Made by a program: the position numbers and the translations under genes. From contig JAQBQF010000343.1 in the NCBI GenBank assembly GCA_028287115.1, forward strand, positions 1,733-65,732: 64,000 nt of DNA. Direction: 5' to 3'. Source of the stretch: Myxococcales bacterium (GTDB lineage Bacteria > Myxococcota_A > Polyangia > Haliangiales > Haliangiaceae). Shown here in pieces: positions 9,792 to 19,057 of the stretch; position 1 is the stretch's first letter; every line of letters starts with the position of its first letter. Below the pieces are notes generated by a model. That model worked only from the letters and a program-made list of their open reading frames with translations, did no database searches and was not told where the DNA came from.

Positions 9792-11438
9792 ATGGGACGT
9801 TACGTGGCGTGTGCGCTCGGCCTTTGCGCCTTTGGTGCGATCGCCCGCGCGGAGGAGCCGAGCCCGCAGCAGAAGATCGCGATCACCTCGAAACCATCGG
9901 TGGTCCGCGTGTGGGGCGCGTACATCGCCACGTACGATCTCGCCGGCACGCACGTCCAAGAAGCGATCGGCGGCAGCGGCACCGGCTTCTTCATCACGCC
10001 CGACGGGTACATCGCGACCAACGCGCACGTCGTCGCCGAGATTCACGGTGGTGAAGACAAGGCCAAAGAAGCGCTCTACAAGATGTTGCTCGCCGAGCTC
10101 GATCACAAGTACGCGGCCGAGCTCGCGCGAATGTCCGAGGATCAGATCCAACGGCTCCTTCGCAGCATCAAGGTCGTAGAGCTCAAGAAGTGGGCGTACG
10201 TCGTGCTGCCGAACGGCGACAAGCTCGACTACGAGATCAAGCAATACGGGAAGCCGGGCAGCGGCCGCGACGCGGCGCTGATCAAGGTCAAGACCGAGAA
10301 CGCACCGACTCTCTCGATCGGCGACTCGACGAAGTCGCAGGTCGAGGATCACATCGTCGTGATCGGCTATCCCGGTGTCGCGGACTTCAAGGATTTGCTC
10401 GACGAAAAATCGCAGCTCCAAGCCTCCGTCACCGACGGCGCGATCAGCTCCCTCAAGCGCGCGGCGAGCGGCGAGCAGATCCTGCAGATCTCCGCACCGA
10501 TCACGCACGGCAACTCCGGCGGCCCCGCGATCGATCAGCGTGGCAACGTGATCGGCCTCGCGACTTTCGGCAACGAAGGCGCGATCCAGGGCTTCAACTT
10601 CCTCGTCGCATCCGCAACGCTGATGCAGCTCGTCAAGGACGAGAAGATCGAGCCGAAACAGGGCGAGACGAACAAGGCGTGGAACGAAGGCCTCGATCAC
10701 TTCTGGTCCGACGAATACTCCGACGCGGTCGCGAAGTTCGAAGAGGTCGAGACGTTGTTTCCAGCGCACTCCGAAGCGCCTGGTTTGATCCGGATGTCCC
10801 ATCAAGCTCAGAAAGAGGGCAAAGAGAAGAAGTCGTCGAACGACGGACTGATCGCGGGCCTCGTGATCGGCGGCTTCGTCATCGTCGGCGGCGGCGGGTT
10901 CATGCTCTCCCGTCGCGGCAAGACTGCCGCGCGACCGGGCCAGATGCCAGGCGCGACGCCGGGCCAGATGCCGCCCTACATGGGCCAGTCTCCGCCGCAG
11001 CCACAGATGTACGGCCGCGTGCAGCCTTCCCCGCAAGGCGCGCCGGCACCGATCGCCAAGACCGTCGCCGTACAGCAGAACGCCGCGGCATCGGGCGGCA
11101 TCGCGCCGACCGCATTCGGCACGATCAGCATCGGTAGCCTGACGTGCACGCGCGGCGCGCTCTACGGCCAACGCTTCGCACTGACGCCGGGCGGCGTGAT
11201 CATCGGCCGTCAGCCCGGTGTCGCTCACGTGCTGATCAACGATCACCGCGCCTCGGGCAAGCACGTGTGGATCGGCATGGAGAACGGCCGGCTCGTCGCC
11301 ATCGATCAGGGCACGACGAACGGAACCTTCGTCAACGACGTGATGCGCGGCCGGATCACGCGCGCCGAGCTCCGCGACGGCGACATCATCATCGTCAGCG
11401 AGCCGGACTGCCTGAGCCTGCAGATCAAGCTCGGCTGA
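9792..11438 (+). CDS. trypsin-like (S1) serine protease - TM - P/Q-rich linker - FHA domain protein
   Basis: ATG 9792. Signal peptide MGRYVACALGLCAFGAIARA. Triad contexts TNAHVV, RDAALIKV and THGNSGGPAID. TM segment LIAGLVIGGFVIVGGGGFML. C-terminal FHA (IIGRQPGVAHVLINDHRASGKHVWI...TNGTFVND). Confidence 0.85.
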   Translation: MGRYVACALGLCAFGAIARAEEPSPQQKIAITSKPSVVRVWGAYIATYDLAGTHVQEAIGGSGTGFFITPDGYIATNAHVVAEIHGGEDKAKEALYKMLLAELDHKYAAELARMSEDQIQRLLRSIKVVELKKWAYVVLPNGDKLDYEIKQYGKPGSGRDAALIKVKTENAPTLSIGDSTKSQVEDHIVVIGYPGVADFKDLLDEKSQLQASVTDGAISSLKRAASGEQILQISAPITHGNSGGPAIDQRGNVIGLATFGNEGAIQGFNFLVASATLMQLVKDEKIEPKQGETNKAWNEGLDHFWSDEYSDAVAKFEEVETLFPAHSEAPGLIRMSHQAQKEGKEKKSSNDGLIAGLVIGGFVIVGGGGFMLSRRGKTAARPGQMPGATPGQMPPYMGQSPPQPQMYGRVQPSPQGAPAPIAKTVAVQQNAAASGGIAPTAFGTISIGSLTCTRGALYGQRFALTPGGVIIGRQPGVAHVLINDHRASGKHVWIGMENGRLVAIDQGTTNGTFVNDVMRGRITRAELRDGDIIIVSEPDCLSLQIKLG

Positions 11439-11644
11439 GGGTCAGACTACTTGCACTACTTCTCGCCGGTTTTCGGCCGAAAGTGTGGTGATCCTTCGTC
11501 GTGTGGCCGGTTTTTGACTTCGACAAGCCAACACTTCGGCGCCACCCGATTCGTGATTGGAATCGAACGATTAGCGCGTACCCCGATAGGAAGGATCGGC
11601 GAGGAACCGTCGTACTATCCTTGCCCCGACTCTGGAGTGAATCC

Positions 11645-12811
11645 ATGGCTGAACGCGACACGCAAACCGAGCGCCGGTCCCACGCAGAAACCGAAACGGC
11701 TCCGCCGGTCGCGACGGAGACAGCGCCGGTTTCGTCGGCGGCTCCTCTCCCGAGCACGCATGGTCCTTCCGCTTCCGATCGCGCGTTCGGGCCGCAAACC
11801 GGCGGACCCGAGATCGAGGCCACGCCCGAAGCGCTCGGCAAGCACACCGCCGATGGCATGAAGAAAGCGAACGTCGAGCCCGGCTCGGGCGGTCAGAACG
11901 ACATCAATCACGGCATTCACTATTGGTACAACTATCAGCGCCAGTGCGAGGACTCGGGCCATCCCGAGATGTGGAAGGACGAGTATCGCCACGGCCACAC
12001 GCAAGCCGGGCAGTTCGTCCAGCCGCACCAGAAGAATGCGTTCATGGATTGGGAGCTCAAGAAGGGCCAGAGCGCGTCGCAAGGCATCAAGGACTGGCTC
12101 TCCGGCGCGACGATCGCCGAGTGTCTCTCGACGGTGATCGCGCTCGAGATCGACACGCTACGCGCGAGCATCGGCGACAAGAAGTTCGACAAGATGTTCG
12201 GCTCTGCCGATGCGAAAGAAGACGCCGCGATTCCCGCCGATCACCGCATGCACGTGCGCGCCGGCATTCAGGGCACGCCCGTCGCGAACTACATGAAAGC
12301 GACCACCGTCGCGCAGGAGGCGGCTGCGAAGGGCGGCGAGTTCGGCACCGTCGAGCCCGCGCAGCTCGACAAGGACCTGATCCCGGGCCAGTGGTACTAC
12401 TTCTACAATCATCCGAAGTATCTGCTGAAGCATCCGGGTGGCGCATGGCAGGGCGAAAACGCGCTCTACATGGGCAAGAATGAGGCGGGCGAGCGGCTGT
12501 GGTCGGGCCTCGGCGCGACCGCGACGGAAGACGCGATGACCGACGAGATGGTTCGCGCGTACAACAGTCCGCGCAACGATTACGACCATCGGATGTTGAA
12601 AGAGCAAGGCATCGAGACCGGCGAGGGCAAGTACAGCGATCCGCTGTATGACCCGAAGGCCGGCTCGTTCCCGGAGACCGTCACGAAGCAGGAGATCTTG
12701 AAGTCGCAGCCGTACTCGATCGGCGGCGCGACGCGCAAAGGCGGCTTCTTGGCGACCGCGGGCGAGGAGCTCGATGCCAAGAAGGTCAAGGACACGCGCG
12801 ACAAAGAGTGA
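11645..12811 (+). CDS. hypothetical enzyme-like protein with no signal peptide and a disordered N-terminus
   Basis: ATG 11645 lies 8 nt after GGAG. About 90 aa are low complexity (ETETAPPVATETAPVSSAAPLP), followed by a globular part with GATIAECLSTVIA and GQWYYFYNHPKYLLKHPGGAWQGENALYMG. I did not recognise a family. Confidence 0.7.
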   Translation: MAERDTQTERRSHAETETAPPVATETAPVSSAAPLPSTHGPSASDRAFGPQTGGPEIEATPEALGKHTADGMKKANVEPGSGGQNDINHGIHYWYNYQRQCEDSGHPEMWKDEYRHGHTQAGQFVQPHQKNAFMDWELKKGQSASQGIKDWLSGATIAECLSTVIALEIDTLRASIGDKKFDKMFGSADAKEDAAIPADHRMHVRAGIQGTPVANYMKATTVAQEAAAKGGEFGTVEPAQLDKDLIPGQWYYFYNHPKYLLKHPGGAWQGENALYMGKNEAGERLWSGLGATATEDAMTDEMVRAYNSPRNDYDHRMLKEQGIETGEGKYSDPLYDPKAGSFPETVTKQEILKSQPYSIGGATRKGGFLATAGEELDAKKVKDTRDKE

Positions 12812-13449
12812 ATTCGCTCTATGCTCGGCGCGTGAGAGCCGTCGTGATCTTCCTGCTCGCCGCTGCGAGCTGCGCTGATCATAAACCGTTGCCAACAAGC
12901 TCGTCGGGATCTGGAGCCACCATGAATGCCGCGGTGACCGTCACACTCGTCGGAGAAAAGCCAGGCCGTCCTCCGATCCGGCGCCTGCTCGTCGACGTGC
13001 AGCTCAAGAACGATGATGCTACCGCGCGCTGGGTGCTGATCCCTTCGAAGCTGCCCGTGACCGCGGGAGGCATCGACAAGCTCGAACAACTGACCGCGAG
13101 CGCGGGCGCGACGACGGTCGCGGTCGGTCGGTTCCTCGGAACCGGAGGTCGCTACGCACTGCGGCTCGCCCCGGGTGCACGCGTGACGCTACGCAAGCTC
13201 GAGGTCGCCTGGTGGAGCGAGAACCGCGAGAAAGCTGTCGCCTTCGACGTGCAGCTCGCGAGCGACGTGAAGCTCGGCGGCCAGCCGATGGCGACGTGGT
13301 TCGACAAAGATCCGACGATCACCGGCGCGGCCGACGTCGACATGGAGAGCGCGAAGCACACGGCGTCGCATCGCGCGCCCGATGACGCAGAGCTTCCGCT
13401 CGCTGCAACAGGCGCGACGAGCGCGGCGATCAAGTTGTCGCCACCCTAG
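12808..13449 (+). CDS. lipoprotein, unknown function, translationally coupled to 11645..12811
   Basis: GTG 12808 overlaps the upstream TGA (GTGA). Lipobox FLLAAASC. The rest is beta-rich-looking sequence. Confidence 0.7.
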   Translation: MNSLYARRVRAVVIFLLAAASCADHKPLPTSSSGSGATMNAAVTVTLVGEKPGRPPIRRLLVDVQLKNDDATARWVLIPSKLPVTAGGIDKLEQLTASAGATTVAVGRFLGTGGRYALRLAPGARVTLRKLEVAWWSENREKAVAFDVQLASDVKLGGQPMATWFDKDPTITGAADVDMESAKHTASHRAPDDAELPLAATGATSAAIKLSPP

Positions 13450-13546
13450 CAGCGTGGGGCGGATTGCGACGTCGCTCGCGTGAATTTCTCGTCGGTTACA
13501 CGTCGCGTTTAACTCTGGCTCGCGCTCTGGGTCTGCTTGCGAGCGC

Positions 13547-15559
13547 ATGACCAAGAGAGTTGCCATGACACGCTTCGCAGTTGCGGTTGCGATCGTCGCC
13601 GCCGGTTGCGGTGACGACCTGAAGCCGACGTTCATTCCGGATCCGCCGGTCGTGTACGTCGCGAAGGTCAAGAACATCCTGGTCGGTCTGTCGCCGACGG
13701 ACGCCGAGATCGCAAGTGTCACCGCGGATCCGAAGGCGCTCGCCGGTCTCGTCGATGGCTGGATGGCGATGCCGGAGTATCAGCAGAAGATGATGGTGTT
13801 CTTCGAGAACGCCTTCCAGCAGACGCAGATCACGCAGCAAGACTTCGTCGACATGATTCCGCCGAACGGGTTGGGGCGGGGGCGTGCCGTGCCGCTGCTC
13901 GTCGCGAATGTCCGCGAGAGCTTCGCGCGCACCGTGCTCGACCTCCAAGCGGAGGGGAGGCCGCTCACCGATGCCTTCACGACCAAGCGCCTGATGATGA
14001 CGCCCGCGCTGATGGAGCTCTACGCGTTCCTCGACACGCGGCGTGTCGACGACGCAGGCCTGGTGACCGACAGCTTCGCGCGCGCGAATCCGACGCTGCG
14101 ACTCACGATCGAGAGTGCGCAGGGTCCGATCGCACTCACGGACACGCTGGATCCGACGAGCCCCAACTACATGCACTGGTACAGCCCGGACCTGCCGAAC
14201 CTGATGTACGGCGACATGACCTGTAATGGGCTCGATCCGATCTCCGTGGCGCCGAGCGCGCTGTTCGTCCATACGCTGCTCTACGGCGAGATCCCGAACC
14301 ATCCGGGACCTACGAACAACTGCCCGCCCCACGCGGGCGGTCCGGGTGACGTCCACGTCACCGGCACGGACTTCTCGACGTGGAAGATGGTGGCGATTCG
14401 CCCGCCGCTGATGGGCGAGAAGCGCACGACGTTCTACGATCTACCGGCGCTCCGCTCGGCGAGCGAGCTCGTCCTGACGACGCCGCGGCCGGGATTTTTC
14501 TCGACGCCGGCGTTCTTCGCGAACTGGCCGACGAATCAGAGCAATCAGATGCGCGTCACGGTCAACCAGTCGCTCATCGTGGCGACCGGAGCAGCGATCG
14601 ACGGCACGGATTCGACGACGCCGGCGACGACACCCGGGCTCGACACCGTGCACGCCGCGCCGGATACGGGCTGCTTCAGCTGTCATCAGCTCCTCGATCC
14701 GACGCGCTCGATCCTCGCGAGCACGTATTCGTGGTTCTACTATCCGCAGACCGATCAGGCGCTCGCGGCTCAGCACGGTTTGTTCGCGTTTCAGAACGTG
14801 ATCGCGCCGATGCAAACGATCGATGACTTCGCGAACCTACTCGCATCGCATCCGCTCGTGCCGCAGGGCTGGGCCCAGAAGCTCTGCTATTACGTGAACT
14901 CCGCACCGTGCGATCCGAGCGACCCGGAGCTCACGAGGATCGTCGACGATTTCTCGAAGTCCGGCCTGTCTTGGAACGTCCTCGTGCGTGACCTCGTGAC
15001 CTCACCGATCACGACGAACACCGCGCAGACCGTGACCGCGCAGACCAACGGCGAGGTGATCGCCGTGAGTCGCCGAGATCATCTATGCGCCGCACTCAAT
15101 AACCGCCTCGGCTTCCTCGATATCTGCCAGCTCGACATCACGCAGAAGACCTCGAAAGTCCCTTCGGTGATCGCACAGATCGTGAGCGGCATGCCGTCCG
15201 ATGGGTACGGCCGCGGTGCGACGATCCCGGTGCTCCCGAACGATCCGAATCTGTTCTATCGAGCCGGCCTCGAGAATATCTGCGAGGCCGTTGCCACGTT
15301 GGTGATCGACGCGCCGCAGGATCCGATGCAACCGGGTGCCAAGCACTGGGCGAGCGCGCAGCCCGATGCGGCGATCGCGGACTTCGTCTCGACCATCATG
15401 GCGCTGCCGGCGTCCGATCCGCGCGCCCCGCAAGCGATCGCGATCCTGAAACAACACTTCACGTCTGCGACCCAGACCGGCGCGACGCCGAGCGCTTCCT
15501 TGCAGTCGACGTTCGTCGCCGCGTGCTTGTCGCCCTCGTTTATCGGCATCGGGATGTAA
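13547..15559 (+). CDS. DUF1588/DUF1592-type lipoprotein with a single CxxCH motif
   Basis: Lipobox AIVAAGCG. Motif CFSCHQLLDP (14672..14686) resembles the C-x-x-C-H-x3-DP signature I recall for DUF1588. Sits directly upstream of a Tat-signal partner. Confidence 0.65.
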   Translation: MTKRVAMTRFAVAVAIVAAGCGDDLKPTFIPDPPVVYVAKVKNILVGLSPTDAEIASVTADPKALAGLVDGWMAMPEYQQKMMVFFENAFQQTQITQQDFVDMIPPNGLGRGRAVPLLVANVRESFARTVLDLQAEGRPLTDAFTTKRLMMTPALMELYAFLDTRRVDDAGLVTDSFARANPTLRLTIESAQGPIALTDTLDPTSPNYMHWYSPDLPNLMYGDMTCNGLDPISVAPSALFVHTLLYGEIPNHPGPTNNCPPHAGGPGDVHVTGTDFSTWKMVAIRPPLMGEKRTTFYDLPALRSASELVLTTPRPGFFSTPAFFANWPTNQSNQMRVTVNQSLIVATGAAIDGTDSTTPATTPGLDTVHAAPDTGCFSCHQLLDPTRSILASTYSWFYYPQTDQALAAQHGLFAFQNVIAPMQTIDDFANLLASHPLVPQGWAQKLCYYVNSAPCDPSDPELTRIVDDFSKSGLSWNVLVRDLVTSPITTNTAQTVTAQTNGEVIAVSRRDHLCAALNNRLGFLDICQLDITQKTSKVPSVIAQIVSGMPSDGYGRGATIPVLPNDPNLFYRAGLENICEAVATLVIDAPQDPMQPGAKHWASAQPDAAIADFVSTIMALPASDPRAPQAIAILKQHFTSATQTGATPSASLQSTFVAACLSPSFIGIGM

Positions 15560-15569
15560 AGGAGCCGCC

Positions 15570-16883
15570 ATGAAGATCTCACGTCGCGAAGCGCTGATCT
15601 CCGGACTGTTCGGTGCGGGATATGTCGGCTTGCGTGCGCTCGCAACGGGCCTCCCCGCGGCGGTGCTGATGCATGGCCGGCGTGCGCTCGCCGATGGGAT
15701 GACCACCTGCGCGGACAAGTCCAAGGCGCAATTCATCATCCTGAATACGTCGGGTCAGGGCGATCCGATCAACGCGAACGCACCGGGCACGTATCTCGAT
15801 CCCAACATCGTGCACAGCATGGATCCCGCGATGGCCGCGACGAGCATGACGATCGGCGGTCAGGCGACGACGGCCGCGCTGCCGTGGTCGACCCTGCCGC
15901 AGAGCGTGCTCGATCGGACGTGCTTCTGGCACATCATGACGAACACGCCCGTGCATCCGAAGGAGCCGGATGTGCTGAAGCTGTTCGGTGCAACGACACC
16001 CGACGAGATGTTGCCGTCGCTGCTCGCGAAACAACTCGCGCCGTGCCTCGGTACGCTGCAGTCGCAACCGATCACCCTCGGTGCCACCACGCCGAGTGAA
16101 GGCCTGACCTACGACGGACGCGCGCTGCCGATCCTGCCGCCGCTGGCACTCAAGGCAACCCTGACGAGCCCGACCGGCCCGTTGACCGATCTCCAAGCGC
16201 TGCGCGACCAGACCTTGTCGCAACTCGACAAGCTGTATCGCAACGATGCGACGCCGGCGCAGACCAAGTATCTCGACTCGCTCATCAACTCGCAGTCGGA
16301 GGCGCGCGGGATCCGGCAAGATCTACTGAGCTCGCTGTCGTCGATCGCCGACAACGGCATCGATTCTCAGATCACCGCGGCGATCGCGCTCATCCAGATG
16401 AACGTGACACCGGTGATCGCGATCCACATTCCGTTCGGTGGCGACAACCACCACGATCCCGGCCTCGCGGTCGAGACGCGAGACACGGTGACCGGCGTCG
16501 CGGCGCTCGCGTCGCTGATGTCGCAGCTGCAAGCCGCTGGGCTCCAGGATCAGGTGACGTTCATGGCGCTCAACGTGTTCGGTCGGACGATCGGCCCCGG
16601 CAATACCGACGGCCGGCAGCACAACCAGAATCACCAGGTCTCGCTGACGATCGGCAAGCCCTTCCGAGGCGGGATCATCGGCGGTGTCGGACCGGTTGCC
16701 GGCGACTACGGCGCGCTCGCGATCAACTCGCAATCCGGTCGCGGCGGCTCCGGCGGCGACATCCCTGCGCCGGACTCCCTCGCGTCGTTCGGCAAGACGG
16801 CGCTCGCGGCGGTCGGGGTCGATCCGGCGGTGATTCGTAAAGCGATCGTGCAGGGTTCGATCGTCTCGGCCGCGCTCGTCTAG
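15570..16883 (+). CDS. Tat-signal protein of the DUF1552/DUF1501 type
   Basis: N-terminus MKISRREALISGLFGAGYVGL is twin-arginine-like. Motifs HIPFGGDNHHDPG and NVFGRTIGPGNTDGRQHNQNH. Follows the DUF1588-like gene after 10 nt. Confidence 0.65.
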   Translation: MKISRREALISGLFGAGYVGLRALATGLPAAVLMHGRRALADGMTTCADKSKAQFIILNTSGQGDPINANAPGTYLDPNIVHSMDPAMAATSMTIGGQATTAALPWSTLPQSVLDRTCFWHIMTNTPVHPKEPDVLKLFGATTPDEMLPSLLAKQLAPCLGTLQSQPITLGATTPSEGLTYDGRALPILPPLALKATLTSPTGPLTDLQALRDQTLSQLDKLYRNDATPAQTKYLDSLINSQSEARGIRQDLLSSLSSIADNGIDSQITAAIALIQMNVTPVIAIHIPFGGDNHHDPGLAVETRDTVTGVAALASLMSQLQAAGLQDQVTFMALNVFGRTIGPGNTDGRQHNQNHQVSLTIGKPFRGGIIGGVGPVAGDYGALAINSQSGRGGSGGDIPAPDSLASFGKTALAAVGVDPAVIRKAIVQGSIVSAALV

Positions 16884-16951
16884 ATCATTCCTTGCTCGTC
16901 AAGGATCGGAACGTTGGCGGCCCGCGTACACGTCATGCGATAGTCACCGCG

Positions 16952-19057
16952 ATGGCGAGCGCACAGCCGTATGTAGATGTCTCGGCGCACGTGCGCGACG
17001 AGCTCAAGCGCGCGTGGTTGCGACTCGAGTATCAGGTCCGGCTCGGCTGGCAAAAAGACAAGGCCACCACGGACGAGGCAATCGGTCCCGAGGACATCGG
17101 CCGGCTGTTCACGACGGCACGCGGACCCGCGGAAGGTGAAGATACCGGCGCGTCGAAGTTGCTCGAGCAATGGCTCGCACATCACGAGCTGACCGAGGCG
17201 CGGATTCGCGCGACGATCGAGACACAGACTCGGTCGCCACTGGTCGACGTGATCCGGATCTTCGATCTGTCGCCCAGGCAGTGGTCCGCGCTGATGTTCG
17301 CGCTGCTGCCTGAAGTCGATCCGAACCTCGTGCACGCGTATCGCTATCTCGCGCGCGATCCGAGCTGTCGCGGGCTCGATGGACGCTTGCTCGCGCAGCT
17401 CGTCTACGACACACCGCAGACTCGCTCGCTGATGGCGCGCGATCTGTCGCCGAGCTCGCCGCTGTTGCGCTATCAGCTGCTCGATGTCGGCACCGGCGCT
17501 GCCCCTAACGAATCGCTGATGTTCCGCAAGATCCGCGCGGCGACGCGGCTCGTCTATCTGCTCGATGGGAACGGGTTCGAGCTCGACCCCGAGCTTGGCG
17601 ATGTGGCCGAGGTGCGCTCGGGACCCGTCGCCGGCGCGTTTCCAGCGATCACCGTCGATGGGGCGACCGCGGCCATGCGCTCGGGCGAGGTCGTGCTCGC
17701 GATCCAAGGTCAGCGCGGGCTCGGCAAGAAGCTCTTGTTGCAGCTCGCTGCGGCGCACTGGAATCAGCGACTGTTGCTGGTCGACTCGAAGCGGCTCGCC
17801 GCGCAACCGGTCGGCGTCCAGCGCGGTCTCGTACGCGCGCTCGTCCGCGAGCTGATGCTGCTCGACGCGTTGCCGGCGTTCGCGGATATCGACGATGTCG
17901 CAGCCAACGAGAGTGATCGCGACGCGTTACCGCCCTTCCTCGACGTGTTCCTCGCCGAATGGCTCGGACCGGTCGGCCTCACCATCAGCCGCGAGCGGAT
18001 GCCGCGGATCCATCAGCGGCCCCTCGTGCACTTGACGATCGAAGTCCCGCCGATGGATGTCCGAGCCGCGATGTGGCAGCAGGTCGTGCCAACGTTGACG
18101 AAGCAAGACTCCGACGGCCTCGCCGGCCGATTCGCGATACCCGGCGGCATCATCGTCGCTGCGGCTTCCGCCGCGGTCGCCGGCCGCATGCCCGGTGCCG
18201 GTGCGCCGGCCGCCGACGAGCTCGATCGCGCGGTCGCCGCGCAACTTCATCAGCGGATCTCGCGGCTCGGGAAGAAGCTGCCGACGCCGTACGACGTCGA
18301 TGATCTGATCGTCGACGATGATACGCGTGCCGCGCTGCTCGAGATCGCCGCGGCCGCGCGCGAACGTCGCAAGATCCGCGATGACTTCAAGCTGCGCGGT
18401 GCGCAGGGCATCTCGGTGCTGTTCTCCGGCAATCCGGGCGTCGGCAAGACGATGTCGGGCACGGTGCTCGCGAAGCGGCTCGGCCTCGACATCTACGAGA
18501 TCGATCTGTCGCAGGTCGTGTCGAAGTGGCTCGGCGAGACCGAGAAGAACCTCAGCGATGTGTTCGATGCCGCCGAGCCCGGCCATGTCGTGCTGCTGTT
18601 CAACGAGGCCGACTCGCTGTTCGGCAAGCGGACCTCCGACGTCAAGAGCAGCAACGATCGCTACGCGAACATGGAGACCAACTATCTCCTGCAGCGGCTC
18701 GAACGCTTCGGCGGCGTCGCGATCCTGACGACGAACCTGACATCGGCGATCGATCAGGCGTTCAAGCGCAGGTTCAGCTACGACGTGTTCTTCAGCTTCC
18801 CGAGCCCCGAGATGCGCGCGGAGCTGTGGCGCCGGACGCTGCCGCGCCGAGATCGGGATGCGAAGTCGGCGATCGACTTCGATGCGCTCGCGGAGAAGTA
18901 CGAGCTGTCGGGTGGCTTCATCAAGGTCGCGTGCGAACGTGCCGCCTACGTCGCCGGTGCGAGTGGGGGCGAGATCGACCAAGCGCTCCTCAGCGCCACC
19001 ATCGAGCGAATGTATCGCGAGCGCGGCAAGCTCAGCGCCGTCGGTCCGCTCGAGTGA
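16952..19057 (+). CDS. AAA+ ATPase: long N-terminal region, degenerate first P-loop, classical C-terminal AAA module
   Basis: ATG 16952. Walker A GNPGVGKT, Walker B region [15 protein letters not shown], then [18 protein letters not shown]. An upstream degenerate P-loop-like GQRGLGKK is also present. Confidence 0.85.
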   Translation: MASAQPYVDVSAHVRDELKRAWLRLEYQVRLGWQKDKATTDEAIGPEDIGRLFTTARGPAEGEDTGASKLLEQWLAHHELTEARIRATIETQTRSPLVDVIRIFDLSPRQWSALMFALLPEVDPNLVHAYRYLARDPSCRGLDGRLLAQLVYDTPQTRSLMARDLSPSSPLLRYQLLDVGTGAAPNESLMFRKIRAATRLVYLLDGNGFELDPELGDVAEVRSGPVAGAFPAITVDGATAAMRSGEVVLAIQGQRGLGKKLLLQLAAAHWNQRLLLVDSKRLAAQPVGVQRGLVRALVRELMLLDALPAFADIDDVAANESDRDALPPFLDVFLAEWLGPVGLTISRERMPRIHQRPLVHLTIEVPPMDVRAAMWQQVVPTLTKQDSDGLAGRFAIPGGIIVAAASAAVAGRMPGAGAPAADELDRAVAAQLHQRISRLGKKLPTPYDVDDLIVDDDTRAALLEIAAAARERRKIRDDFKLRGAQGISVLFSGNPGVGKTMSGTVLAKRLGLDIYEIDLSQVVSKWLGETEKNLSDVFDAAEPGHVVLLFNEADSLFGKRTSDVKSSNDRYANMETNYLLQRLERFGGVAILTTNLTSAIDQAFKRRFSYDVFFSFPSPEMRAELWRRTLPRRDRDAKSAIDFDALAEKYELSGGFIKVACERAAYVAGASGGEIDQALLSATIERMYRERGKLSAVGPLE

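Noticed and set aside
9534-11264. Long ORFs antisense to well-supported genes. Examples: 9534..11264 (576 aa), 56866..58395 (509 aa), 29463..30929, 20982..22445, 19032..20324, 17927..18982, 31992..33053, 33103..34188, 45413..46318, 46740..47744, 30668..31942, 5267..6202, 5584..6786.
   Set aside because: They are Arg/Ala/Pro/Gly-rich with no motifs. They lie opposite genes with clear family signatures, which is the usual stop-codon-poor shadow-frame effect of high-GC DNA.
11645-12811. Naming the enzyme-like protein as a T6SS Tae-type amidase or a deamidase toxin.
   Set aside because: I could not match any defining motif, and no T6SS or other secretion genes are in the window. It is kept only as an architecture-based hypothesis.
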